From: Saprolegnia diclina VS20
Taxonomy: Eukaryota
NCBI RefSeq assembly: GCF_000281045.1
Contig: NW_008246075.1
Span: 181,476-245,475 of the forward strand
Direction: 5' to 3'
Length of the DNA stretch: 64,000 nt
Position 1 is the first letter of the stretch; every line of letters begins with the position of its first letter. The notes beneath the pieces are model-generated. The model had not been told where the DNA came from. It saw only the letters and a list, made by a program, of their open reading frames with translations, and ran no database searches. Below, in pieces: positions 49,117 through 62,400 of the stretch. The translations under genes were made by a program, and so were the position numbers.

Positions 49117-52100
49117 CTAGTCCCCAAGGAGCGTGTCAATAGCTCGGTGCTTAGCTTTCGATGGCTTGAGACTATACGCGATCGGACTTGGCGTCGCGGG
49201 GTCTCGCACACTAGACGGGTGAGCGCGACGAGCAGCGACGTTCCCAAGGCGATCTGCGACCATTTTCTGAATCGCAGGTCGCAGCGAATCCCGATCGACC
49301 GCACTCTGCCGCTGCGCGCTGAGCAGCGCCATTGACGACTCTACACAGCCTCAACATATAGCCCGATGCCGACAGAGCGACCCACCTCGCCGGCTTTCTT
49401 GAATCGAGGCGGGGACTTCGCGGTGGAGCTCATCAGCGTCGCCGTACCCACGACCAGCATGATGCTCGTCGTTGTCCTCGTCGTCGTAAGTGTCCGAGGC
49501 GTCGTCGTTGAAGTCGACGAGGCGCTCCAACAGAACTTGAAAACCACGAGCGTCACTTTCAGCCTCGGTCACTGTCACTGGTGCGCCGGCGGAGCTCGTG
49601 GCGCGGTCTCCCACGAACGCTTGGGCAATGCGCTCTATGCTCGGCTTGGCGTGCGTCGACCGGCGCTGGATCGCTTCGTAGTGCGCTCGCAGCCCCGTGT
49701 ACGCGAGATCGTCGCTGGACGCGCGGTGGTTGTCGAGATCCCGGTTGACCTACGACGAGCGAATAAGCTGCCAAATATCTCGGATTGGGTACGAGGTTGG
49801 CGAGCGAGTTGAAGGTCGCAATGAGATTGCCAACGTGCTCCATCGACTCGGTCACGTCCAACGACTGCCCCGACGACACGGCCGAGAGGTGCACATAGCA
49901 GGGGTCGCCCGTGACGCCCAGGAGACCCAAGTGAAACACACTGCGCTTGACGAGCTTGTCGTACGGGTACACGACGATGGTGCGATGTATGTCACTCGCG
50001 CCTGGCGCATGAACGTCTTTGGCGCTACGTACACAGTAATGAAAGATGTCTTTTCAAGCGCTAATACCGCCAGTCGTAGTCGCTGCTGCACGGCGCGGGC
50101 GTCGTCGTCGAAGCATACAACTCGGCGTTGCCGCTCGTGCAGTGCAGCTTAAAGGTCACGATCGATGTTGGGTCCTGGTTCTCATAGCTGAAGTACAGCG
50201 TCTACGCCCAGCACGATGAGAGGCTTGCAAGTGGCCAGACGATACGTACGCTGCCTTGTGCCACGGTGCCGTGCCACACGTCCCCGAGCGTCAACGCAAT
50301 GTCGGCGCAGTTCTTCTCCCGCAAAAGCCGTTCGGAGCGGAACATGGAGAGCCGCCGCTTGGTGCGACGCCGAATGCGTGCGAGCTGCGCCGAGGCCTTT
50401 CGGTCTTCGGACGGCGTGTACGACATCTCGCTGTTGTGCAGCGTCGAGACGACCTCGGGCGGTGACGGCGGCGCCATGCCCACAAGCGTGTGGTGAATAC
50501 CGCGCTCTTCCGTCTCGAACGCCGCAGACCACCTACACTACAGTGGAATATACGCCCCTAAAGGAGCCGCGCACCGGTGCTGGAGGTTGGACTCGAGGCG
50601 CGCAGAGAGACAAATGTCCCCGGACACGTTGCGGTCGCCGTAAAACATGGAGCGATCAACCTCGCGTTGCGTCGAGCGATTGCCATCGGCGTCTTCGTTC
50701 TCGTCTTCGTCAGACGCGTCTTCTGGCGTCCACGACACGGACGTTCGTTTCTTGTACAGCACCTACACTATAGTGTAAGCACATTGCGCGGTTGGTTGGT
50801 GTCACCTTGGCCTTGAGCTCCACGGGATGGCTAAACAGAAACGTTCGCCGGGGTGTCGGAACATGCGCGGTCGTCGCGACGACGGGCGATTCGTCGCCAA
50901 CGGAGCTCGAGTTTTTGAGCTTACGACGCCGACGCCGTGCCTCTTCGGCGTCCAAGAGGTCGCTTAGATTCTCTCTCGGCGACTCGATCTCCGCGGCAGG
51001 CGTTTTGGCGCGAACCACGTCGACCTCATCGTTGTTGCCACGACGTTCCGACGCTTCAGGACTGTACGCCGAGCCCGTAGCATCGTCGTCATCGTCACTT
51101 GACGCATCGTCGTCATTGTCCATACCATCTACAACGCCAGTGGGGTCATATCGATGGCTATCGCGTACCGTCGCTGGAGCTGTCGCCGTCGTCCGAGACA
51201 TCTGGCGTCGGGAGCGGCGTAAAATCAATCGCCACCGGCGCCCACGGGTACATAGCGTCAAATGCCGAGAGGCGTTGGAGCACGTCGTAGGGCTTGAAGC
51301 TGTCGCGCGTCTCTCTCTTGTCCACATCCGTGACCTATGGGGCTACGTAAATACTTGTCGTTTTCACGGCTTCGACGTACCTCCCACTCGAAGTCTTGGC
51401 GCAGCACAGCAGTCGTCGGCACAGGCGCCCGAAAGTACTGCGGCGCGTAGTCGGGATACGCAATGTCGTGCTTGCCCAGGGGTAAAATTTCCGTCGACGA
51501 AAACTCAGGGACGCGTGTGATGACCATGGGGTAGCGCTTCTTGGGCGTCGCGATCGGCTCGTCCGGAAGAAGACCTTCAATCGCAAGGAGCTCCTCCTGC
51601 ATGCGAAGTAGAGCCTCGTCTTCCGTCTCTTTGGGTGCTGCCGGCTCATCCATGGACAGTCTTGCCTCGTCCGTTGCTGGTGGATCCAGTGTTTCGTGAG
51701 CCTCGGACGTGTCAGCTTCACTTTCGCTGTCGTTGCTCTCTGTTGACGTACTCTTGTCGTCCTCGTCGTTTCCATCGTCCGGCACGTCCGTATCGATTGA
51801 CACAGGGTCGTTCACGAGCTCCTCTTGGGTCGATATGGCCGCAGGTGTCACGGCGCGCTCGGGCGCCACGACGGTCCCTGGCTCACGCACCGATGTTGTT
51901 TCTGGTGTCATCTCTCGAGCAGGCTCGCGGGCAGCCTCTGTGGCGTCGGCAATCGCGTCGTTGACCGTTTCTGCGGGTATGACGACGTCCTCATGCGGTT
52001 TGACCGTCTCGTTCTCGATCAAAGGTACTTCCTCGACGACCTCTTCTGCGCCAATCAAGGCCGCAACTGTTTCTTGTGTCACAAAGGTATCTCCTTCAGC

Positions 52101-55100
52101 GTCCCCCGGGGGCGACAAAGCGACAGACGCGGCGTCGTCGATGGTGCTGCTTTCGGTAGCGATCGCTGGTGTTTCGACAGCCGATACCTTGCGCGACGCC
52201 GGGGCGGTGACAGCTCGCCATACAACTTGAGGCTCGTCGTAGTTGACAAGTGGGGCTTCCTCGGGTGTCGGTGGCAGCTCCAAGTCGATAGCCGACCGGA
52301 CGCGGTACGGCGCCGTGTCGGGAAACTGAATGTATAATGTACTCGAAGTCGGTGGCGGGGACGCTACATCCTTCACCCGGCGCTGGCGCGTCGATGGCAC
52401 CGGCGTCGGATGCACTGCTTCGGGTGGTGTCCCCGTGCGATCGACAAGCTCTCGCATGAGAAGCGCAGATGCCATATCGCTCTCCTTCGTCGTCGCTGAA
52501 GCTAAATCGTGGGCGTTGACACTCTATTAGTTGTATGGGAGCGTACCTGGAACGTACGGCGGGGCTGGCAGCACCGAGTGGGGGGCGTGGCGGGCCGTCG
52601 GAACGTGCGCATGCAACTGCGCGGTTGACACTTTGGCGCGACTCGCAGGAGTCCCAACGACCATTTCGAGATCGTTGAGCTGCACGTCCGTGTTGCGGTC
52701 CAACAGCACAGTGTGCGCCCAGTCAAAGGTGTCGGTCGAAAGCTCATGGAGGCGGCGGCGCGACGAGGCCGCGTCACTCGATGGGGTGGCGTGCAACCCA
52801 ATTGGTGGTCCGTCAAAGAGCTTGTGCTGGGCATACGCAACCGCGTGGCCTACGCGCAGGCTCAGCGATGGTCGACGAAGAGGCAATTACCCTCAAACGC
52901 AGCATCCGTCTCGAGCTTGTAGCCGCTGCTAAACTCTAGAATATCCGGAAACGACAAGTACAGTCGCGTCTTGATGGCCACAACGTAGAGGAGCGCAAAG
53001 AGATCCAAGTAGCACACGTGGCCGTCGTGGTCATGGTCGTGGTACCTACCGCCATGATGGCTTTGTCAGCCTCGAAATATTTACCGGTCGATGAGCCGGT
53101 GGAGCTCGTCGAGGACGTTGACATCGCACGCGGGCCATAAATTGAGCAGCCCCGTCATGATGGATATGAACATGTCGCTCTCGACACACCCGTCGCGGGC
53201 GCGGTCGCAGTAAACAAAGCAGTCGAGAAGCACGCGGAGCTTTCGGAAGGCGACGTCCAGAGCCCGGATCGACGGGTGGGACGTCGGGTCAAAGAGGTAA
53301 AACTCAGCGGCCTCGTACGCGACGCAGCTCACGCGCCACTCGCGGATCCACAGCGACAAGAATGCGTGGATCTCAACCGTACCGTCCTGCGCGGTTTCTG
53401 CAGCGCTCGTCATCGTGTGCGTCACCCACTGCGGCGGCACCTACGTCACAAGGCTGCATAGGACACGCGAGTTGAATCCGAAATGTACTTTGGGGTAAAT
53501 GAGCAGTGCCTGCGTGCACGCTTGGCAGTTTGCGATCGAGACGCGCTCCCAGTGCGCATGGCGGCCGCCGTACACTAGCTCGAGCGGCTGGACCGTGTCG
53601 GCGCCTGGGAGCAGATCACCATGCTGCACCAAGCGCCGGGCATGCAGCCAGTCAAAGCCATCGAGGTACAGATGCTGGATGTGCAATGGCACGACCGGCG
53701 ACGTGTCGTGCACGTTGAGAAACGCGCCAAACGTCGCTGCGATGGCGAGCGTCGACTCGAACTGGACGACGGAGAGCAAGAACCAGCAAAGTTTGTGCTC
53801 GACCACCGACGGCATGCCATACCTACAGCCCCACAAATGAGACACGTCGAGGGAGACCGCAGAGTGCACCGCTGCTGAAACCAGAGAAACGTGACGTGCA
53901 AAAGCGACGTAGTCGCTGCGTGTTGTCGCTCCATGTGCATGTTGTGGTAGATGTGATAGATGATCGCAATCACTGCCCGCTCTGTAAAACTGTCGCCGGG
54001 AGACGAGAGCGAGATGCGGCGGTGGCGACAGCTTGTACACTTGCCCTAGCAATCGCCCTTAGCTCCATACGATTGCAGGCGCACACCTCGATGCTAGCGT
54101 CCGTCTCGGGGCCCTACAACAGTCCGTCACCAAGGTACAATGAACAGCCCTCGTACGGTGGGTGTCGAAGGCCACGAGAGCACGCGGTTGCACCAGCAAA
54201 CGTGCGAATGCCAATACGCAGCTAGCTCCTTTGGCAAGACGATGGGCGTTCGCAGCCCTGCTGCTCCCAGCGGCGAAACGACCGGTCGAGAGTTGTTGAC
54301 CCGGGGCATGGCTGGAGTGCGCGACATCGCCGATGAGGAGGGCAGAGGCGTGGTCGACACTGGCACGTACGTCACATGCTTCTCGCCAAGAATGTTGTAC
54401 GAGACAAGCGCTTTCGTGGTGCTGGACGGGGTTTCGGGCCCCGGGGTACGTTCCTGCGTCGTCGTGGGCTCGGTCGCGAATGCATACAGCGCATCGAGTA
54501 TGTCCTGCCAGACGACTGGCGTCTCGAGTTGCCAGTGACGGCGGCGAAGGTACTCGGAGACTTCCTTTCCCGAGATTCTGCGCAGTGGCGTCGGCGAGAG
54601 CCCTTGCCACGTGCGGTAAACGCGCCGAAGATCTCCGGCAGCCACGTGGATCTGCATGTAGACGCATTGGCACACGAATAATGAAGAAGTCGAACCTGAG
54701 ATGGATCGTCGCCCACATCTCGGTACAGCGCCTTCGCAAAGTCGTAGATCGCTTGGGTAGCACTGCCAATTTTCTAGCCACGGGTCGAGTCCCTTCGCGC
54801 TGTGATATTATGTACCGTAAGTGGCGAGTGGCTTGGGGGCTCGGACATCGAGAGACTGTCCTTGAGCGCCTCGATAGGCGGCGCCGACAAGACATCAATG
54901 TTGATCGCATCCGGCGTCAGCCCCGGCGGGGTCTCTTGCGGTAGGCGGGCGATGCTTGGCACGACAATGACCGCGTGGCTGTTGAACAACGACGGCGACG
55001 TCGGCGCGACGTCGATGACCGGTGACGCCACGGACGCTGGCGCTGTGTCTGGCGTCTGCTCTCGGCGTTCGCTATCAGGGCAGTTGCAAACATACTGCAC

Positions 55101-57993
55101 GCGGCAGATCTCGGTCGGAAGGCCCACGACCAGGAAGTCGCCGTATGCAAAGACGCTGAGCACCGGTGCGTACAGCTCAAAATACCTACGATTAGACCGT
55201 CACATTTACGCTGGAGTGCCGAGCATCAAACCGGCGCTCGACGATCGTCCGGGCGTCCGAGTCGATGACCCACACAATGACATGGCCATCGTACGAGCTC
55301 GTGGCGAACGCGCAGTTGAAGAGAATGTTGAGTGGTGGTGGGAGGTGGCCCGGGTGCGGGACTTGCCGAATGCACGCGACGCGCCGCTCGTGCGGCTGAA
55401 CCGACGCAAGGAGCCGCCACTGCACGTCCCACGTCTATTCCATTCTTGATATATATATATATTGAATGTACAACGAGGGATACCGACGCAGACGTGGCCT
55501 CGATAGCGTGGAGCTGCGAGACAATCTCAAACGCTTGCACCGCTCCGTCTTCGTAGCCGCAGATCAAGTAGAGCAACTTGGCATGCTCCGTCAAGAGGCA
55601 AGCCGAGGTCACGAGCGCTTTGCTAGGGCAACTACCGTCGTGCTGCACGACGATCGAGGGAGGGGGCGCGTGGAGGTCCCAGATTTTAAAGTGGCCCGGT
55701 CCTGCCACCGAGAGCACGCCTGCACAAACCACATTCGCGCACAAATCGTTGAAGGGCACGTACCAAAGTGACGGCTATCAACGCAAACACTCAACAGCGT
55801 GTGAACGTGATGCACGTGCGCTTGCCAGCGCCAAGTGGCTTGAAGCTCCTGAATCTTGGTGCTACGGACAACTAAGACCAGGCAAGAGTTGTGCGGTCAA
55901 GCCGTACCTGCGTCCCGAAGTCCGCCAGCCATACAGCCAGCCATCGCTCGTGCCCGCAAGCAGCATCGTGGGTGCGTCTACTCTGGTTCTACATTTCTGA
56001 GACGCATCGGAAGCAGGCATACCCGTGTGCGAGGCGCTTGCAAGGCGCGCTTTGGAGCGCAGCTTCCCACCCCACGCACTGTCGCCTTCGCGCACTGCAA
56101 CGTGCGTCGGTAGCGCAAGCATAAGAAGCACCGAGATGGGAGTATTCAGCTGCGGGTCCTGAAAAAGCCCGATGTACCGCGCGCTGGTTTGGTCGTAGGC
56201 CTGGATAAGACCGTTGCTAAAGCCGATCAGTACAAACGACAGGCAGAGGCTAATGCTTGTCAAGCACGCTGACGTCACGATCGGCGCAAGGACCTAGGTA
56301 CGCTCTGCGGCAATCTTTGCACATCGGATCGAGTGCGTACGTGAGCGACGGTGGCTGTCGCGGGTGCCGCCAGCGAGAAGAGATACGCCGTGTCTTTCGA
56401 TGTCCACCCGAGCACGACCGGCTTGGCATCGATGACCGCCATGTCGAGACGACTCAGCGATAGGCGAGGCTCGAGCACGTAAAGCGACTCGGCGAGGCTC
56501 TGCACCTTGAGCACGTGGACCGTGTTTTGGACCGGAACGAGAAAAAGGTGCTCGACCGAGTGCCCCATGTCGACTTGCACAGCGAGACCTACGTATCTAC
56601 GTCGACGGCCTTGCAACCCAAACGCATACCAAAGGCGCGCGCCGTCTTGCTCGTCACGGGGGTATGCACATGAGGGTCAAAGGCTCCGAGCAAGTCAAAG
56701 TACACATTGAGCTCGGCTAAGTGTCGCGTTCGTACCCACAGCAGCGCCAAGCACGGAAGCGTACCGCTTGTGGGCGCTTCGGCGCGAAACCGGAATTGTT
56801 GCACGGAGCGGTCGCTGTGAATAGTAAACAAGTCCAGCTCGAGCTCCGAAGGCGAATTCGTCGACGCCAACGGCACTGGCACGATATCGACGACACTCGC
56901 ACCGGGCAGCGGCGCGCCGCCCATGCATCGGAATGGGTTTGGGGAGCCAACGGCGTAGCTACAGAGCGCGGCAATGATAGCCACGTTTTGAGTCGAGACG
57001 TACAGCTTGCTGTGTGTGAAGCTGGCGTTCCACAAGTTCATGGAGCCGTCGGCGTGCAGAGTGACGAGCCAGTCGCCGCAGCTACACAGAACCTACGTTG
57101 ATCGATCCCACTCGGCAGTATGGACGCACAGCGTGAGGAGCACGAGCTGCAGCGCATCGTCAAACCCATTGTGAATCTACACTCCGAGATCAAGCTCCAG
57201 ATCGTTGTCACACGTCACCTTGAGGATTTGACGCGACGCGCGGTCCCACACGATGAGCGACGACCGACGTCGGGGCGCGGCGTCGCTTGTTGGAGGAAGC
57301 AAGATACCATACGCGCGCGCACTGCTCATGCTGACCATGGCCACCTGATGGACACGTTGGTCGGCGAAACCAGCGAAAAGCTACCTCGTCAGCAACGCTT
57401 GTAAGCGTCGCGCGCGTCTCGACGAGCAAGCTCGAGGCGCCTGCGATCGTCAGACGCGCAATGTTCCAGATGTCGATCGTCGTCATCGGTGGCGCTTGCT
57501 CACTTGTGATGCGTGTGACGAGAAGGAGGTCGTCGCTGGCCATCGCTCCGAGCGTCACGACTGTGGCAGGAGTACCGGGGAACTCAAAGGCGAGGTTGAG
57601 GGACGCAGGCTCGAGGACAAGCATCCCCGAGAGCGCCTACTGCAACATGAGGAAATAGCGTTGACGTCTTGATACCTGGGCGTAGACACAAACGTAGGCG
57701 TCAGCGCTGGGCGCGTACCAGAGCTGCATCCGAAGCGCGGCCTTGGATTTCGCGAGGGCGCCAAAGAGCACGACCTTGCGCAGCTCCCGCTTGAGCGAGA
57801 AGAGCCGCAAGCTGTGTTCCGTGCGCACCTCGGTCGCGCCAAGGGGCAAGCCCACGACGACGCGGGCCGTGACGTAGAGACACACGTGGTGGCGGCGGCT
57901 ATCGTACGCGGCGGCTTGCACGACGACGTCGCTGCCGCAGAGAAGCGCGTGTCGGTGCTGTAGCGTCTCGTGCTGGTTGGCCGCGTACACCAT
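49117..57993 (-). CDS. Very large WD40-repeat protein with acidic low-complexity region and helical C-terminus (WDR87/WDR97-like architecture), multi-exon; may be two genes
   Basis: WD-like repeats (IDIWNI, LIGFSNGLIQAYD, LLAGTSDGWLYGW, ICGYEDGAVQAF, ATSSYDGHVIVW), an EF-hand-like DRARDGCVESDMF, an acidic E/D/T/P tract (51258-52475) and helical C-terminal exons down to the stop at 49117. Confidence 0.6.
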
Positions 57994-58241
57994 CGCGCCT
58001 CCGGAAACGAAACTCCCAAAGACTAACCCCAACCCTGGGCACCAGCGTTGAGCACTCTGTTGCTCGGTGCGCTCAACGACATATGCAGAAACGCAGCGTC
58101 GACGCCCACGCGTCACACATCCTGCCCTGTAGCTTGCATCTCTGCCGACCAAAGCAAATCGCAGCGAGAGCTTGCACAGCTGAGCGCACTCGGTCCAATC
58201 ACAAACCAGAGACTTCAATATTTACACGCACACGAGCGGGC

Positions 58242-59375
58242 TCAAGTTGGCGCGTGCACACGGCCTCGCTTCCCACGCAGCATGAGCACCTCTTGCTTGA
58301 GCGCATCGAGTTCGCGCGCTTGGAGCTTGACGAGCTCGACGAGCTTCTTGCGCTCCGTCATCTCCTTCTCCAAGCCGACGCTGTCGTCGACGAGCGAGTG
58401 CTGGACGTCAGCCGTGTTGAGGTCTGCCTCGAGGCTGAACTGGCGCTCGCTCAGCGCCGCGATTTCTGTTAGCAGCCGCGTGTTGTCTTCGGTCGCGCGC
58501 AGAATCTCGAGCTTGAGCCGCTGCTGCTCGGCTACCGTATCAAGTTGATACATGGCTGCATTAGCAACACGAACCTCGCGTCGCACTCGCGTGCTTTTCG
58601 CCGTGGAGCTCTTTCGTGCGCACTTTGGATTGCAGCTCGTGGAGGTTGCCCGTGTCGCAGGCTTTGTCGAGCACGTCAATGTCGATGAGCTGGCCGAACT
58701 TGAGCAGCTGCAACTGCTCGCACTTGTCTCGCACGGCAGCAATCACGTCGTGCTGGCGCGCCTTGTCGCGCGAGAGCTGGCTTTGTTGCTTGTGGAGGTC
58801 TTTAAACACCTGGCGCAGCGCCTTGTTCTCGTCCTGGAGACTCCGAATGCGGGCGACGAGCCGCTGGATCGCACTCTGCGTAAAGATGAGTCCGTTCTCA
58901 ATGGTCTCTGGCAGCACGAGCTGCGTGGACTCGGCGCTCATGCCCTCTGCAACCAAACGTTATAAGCGCTACTCGACGCTAAAGCATGTACCCGGGACAA
59001 CCGCCGGCTGCATGCAGCGCAGTTGCTGCTTGCTCAATGCGACGATCACGTCGAGCTCATTGAAGCGCATCTGCTTCTCCGTTTGAAATGCCTGGATGTC
59101 TTGCTCCGTCGCCGTGAGCTCCTTGTCGATTTGGCGTTGTTTCTAACCGCAAAACATGCAACAGCAAGAGGGTGGTGGTTTGCTCTACCTGCGTCTGTCG
59201 GTCCGTCGCGCGCTTGAGTTCGTCGATGGCCTTGACCACGTCTCCCGTCGCGTCGTCAATGTCGGCCTTCTTCTCGCGCAGCGCCAGCACCTTCTCGTAG
59301 AGGCTGACGTCGCAGCCCGCGGGACACGTTTCGTCTTCGTTGCCGCCATCGTCGTCGTCGTCGTCACTGTTGTAC

Positions 59376-59410
<35 letters not shown>

Positions 59411-62400
59411 TCCGCCATCGTCATCGTTGGCCCGTTTCTTGGCGCGCTTGAGCCGCTTCCGGAAGATCTTTTGCAGCACGGTAAAGCTTGGGTGCAGGGA
59501 GCCAACGAGGTTGACAAAGTCGTTTTGAATCGACGCTTCGCTGGCTTGCCACTCGTCTAGCTCCTTGCGCTTCGTGAGCAGTTGGTCGCTGCACTCGGTC
59601 AAGTCTTTGACCACCTGGGCCTTGTCCGCCCTACACTCGCCTCCGTGGCATCACTCGAGACGATGCTGATCGAACGTACTTGCACTTTTCGAGCTTGGAG
59701 ACTAGGAGCGTCTCCTTCGACTCGAACTGCTCGAGCAAAACGAGCTCGCCAAGGCGCGTCAGCAGCTTGATCTCGCCCTTCTTGAGCGCAATGTCGAGTT
59801 TCATTTTCTCCCGGCGGAGGCGGTAGATAGCATCGTCGAACGTCGCAATGGCGTGCGCGACCTTGTGCTTGAGGTCGTCGATCTGCATCTGCACTTGGGT
59901 CGCTCTCACGCGGCGCTCTTCGTCCTCGAGCGGCGAGAGCGCGTACGTATCGCTCGTTTCCATCGGCGGAAGCTCGAGCAACGGGTGCAAAGCGTGCTCC
60001 TTGGGCGATGCCGCAGCGTCGTGGGTCAGCGCCGAAAGCGTTGCCTTGCTCACAGTCCCCTTCTTCTGGTACTCGTCAATGTGCGCGTCGAGCACGCGTT
60101 CGCGCTGCTCCGGCCACTCGCGCAGGTCCAAGACGGGCTCAAAGACGCGGCTCGGTGGACCAACCCTACCCCGCGTGAGATGTCGCATGCGGTCGCATCG
60201 CGTACTTTTGAGACGCTTCGAGCGCGTGCAGGAGCAAATTGTCCTCTTGGATCTGCTCCATGAGTCGGTGCTTGAGCTCCCGGAGCTCGAGCACCTTGGC
60301 GTTGAAGGTCATCGCAATGTCGTACATCTTCTCCTCGAGGAGCGCCATCTGCTTGCGCTTCTTCATCGCATTCACCTACGCGCCATGATATGGTAGCCAA
60401 GGCGGCGAGAGAGAGGAGAGCGCGTACGCGCTGGTCTTCGGGCACAACGTACGACGCACTCGTCTTGAGCTTGTAGTCCTCCATGTGCGTCGACGCAAAC
60501 GCAATGGCCGCCACGTCGCGCGGGTCGTCGGCGTCTTCCCGCGGCTTTTTTGTTTCCCAGGCCTGAATGCGCGCCTTTCGCTGGGCGCGCATCATCTTGC
60601 GGTACTCGAAGCGGTGGGCAGATGCGCCGTCGCCAGCGCCGTCAACGACCGCCTCCTCGACGACCCGCGTCCGTCCGTCCTCGGCCGCCACCTTTGGGGT
60701 ATGGATGAAGTCCAGTACCGTGCGCGTTTCTTTGCCGACAGACTCTACGCGCATAGGCATCAAGGTACCGAGAGACTTGCACTCGTACGGTTCGATGCGG
60801 CCTCTTGGAGCTCCAAGTGGATGAGTCGGAGGCGGTCCGCGAGCACCTCTGGCATGCGCATGGTCCGAAACGACTGCACGTGCAGGCCGTTGGCAAAGCC
60901 GTGGAGCGTAATGAGCTCGACCGCGAGGCCGCCGACGTACTTGCGGCGCAATTTGGCGAGCAGGAGCTCGCTCTGCTCGTATGCGTACGCCATTTCCTTG
61001 CGCACCTCGTCGCACTGCTTGTCCCCGGCGGCCACGAGCATCGCGCCATACTCGGGGTCGATGTTCCACTGGGCTGGCTCGAGCCGCGCCGTCTACGCCA
61101 TGACGTTAAATATGTAAATGACTATCGTACGTACTGGCTCGTGGGAGCTGTCGAGCAACTGCAGCTGGCGAAACTCATCTTGCATCTCGGCAATGATGGC
61201 TCGTGTCCTACGCACGATGAAGAGGCGCGAGCAGAGGCACTGGCGCGTACCGGTTCTTCTTGGCCAAGGCGCTATTGGCGCGGATGTCGGCCTCGAGCTT
61301 GAGCTTGGCGTCTTGGATCGTGTACGCTTCGCTGTTGGTGATGTCGGGCACTTCCTTGCGCGTCACGGGGACTTCAAGGGACAGGTCGACAGCGGCCACA
61401 GGCAAGAAGGGCGATTCGTCCGGCGCCTCGGTGCTGAGCTGCCGCACGACGCCGCCAAGCACCTCAATGTCGCCGATCGCAATGCCATCGAGGAATGTAC
61501 TGTACGCGACGGCGCCCGCGTACACTGGGTTGTTGACCCAAAGGTTGGCTTCGTTGCCGTCGTTCCGGAGCACTTCGTTCTTGGCCGCCAACTGGTCGTG
61601 CGCGGTTTGGTAGATCTTTCTCGCCTCGGCGAGTTTGCGTGCGTAGCGCTCCAGCATGGTCACGGCCGTCTCGGCCACCTGCGCAGCGTTGAAGCCAAAC
61701 TCCAGCGACAAGTTGTACCTTCTCGGTCAGTACGCGCACGACGACGAGCTGTCCGTCCGAGCCGCCCGACACAACGAACGCGTCGTCGAACGACATGGCG
61801 ATTCCCGGCGTTCCATGCGCCGCCTACCGCTTGCTTTGGAGAGCTGAAGAAAGGTTAATACCACGCACCTCGTCGTGCATGGCCAACGTCAGCGATGCCA
61901 GCGGCGCGACGGACGACCGAAGGTGGACCTTGCCGTTCGAGTTGCCCGCGAGAAGGAACCGCTGGCTGTGCGATCGCGTCATCGTGTGCACGAGTCCCGA
62001 CGGATCGTCCGGAAACACGTCGATCGCAAACGGTTTGGTCCAGTCGCACTTGTACGTGAACCCCACGTGCGGACCCGCCACCGTCACCTACTCACGTCTC
62101 GAGACCCTTGTCTAACACTTTGTCGTACCAGGAAACACGATGGGGACGCACAGCAGTACATAGCGGCAACCACCACCGGTGTCGCGTCGGGCGCGACCTC
62201 GACTTCGCCAAAGCCAATGCTTGCGCTCACGGGGCACGGCGACACGTTGTATCCGGACGGCTTGTCGGTCGCGGGCTCTACGCAAGCTGCGCTACGCTAC
62301 AACCCAAGTTTGTGAGACGCACCGTTGGCCATGGCGCTGAGCTCGGCCGTCGAGAGCTTCCGCACGCGTCGAAACGCATACTGTTTGAGCCGGACGTCGA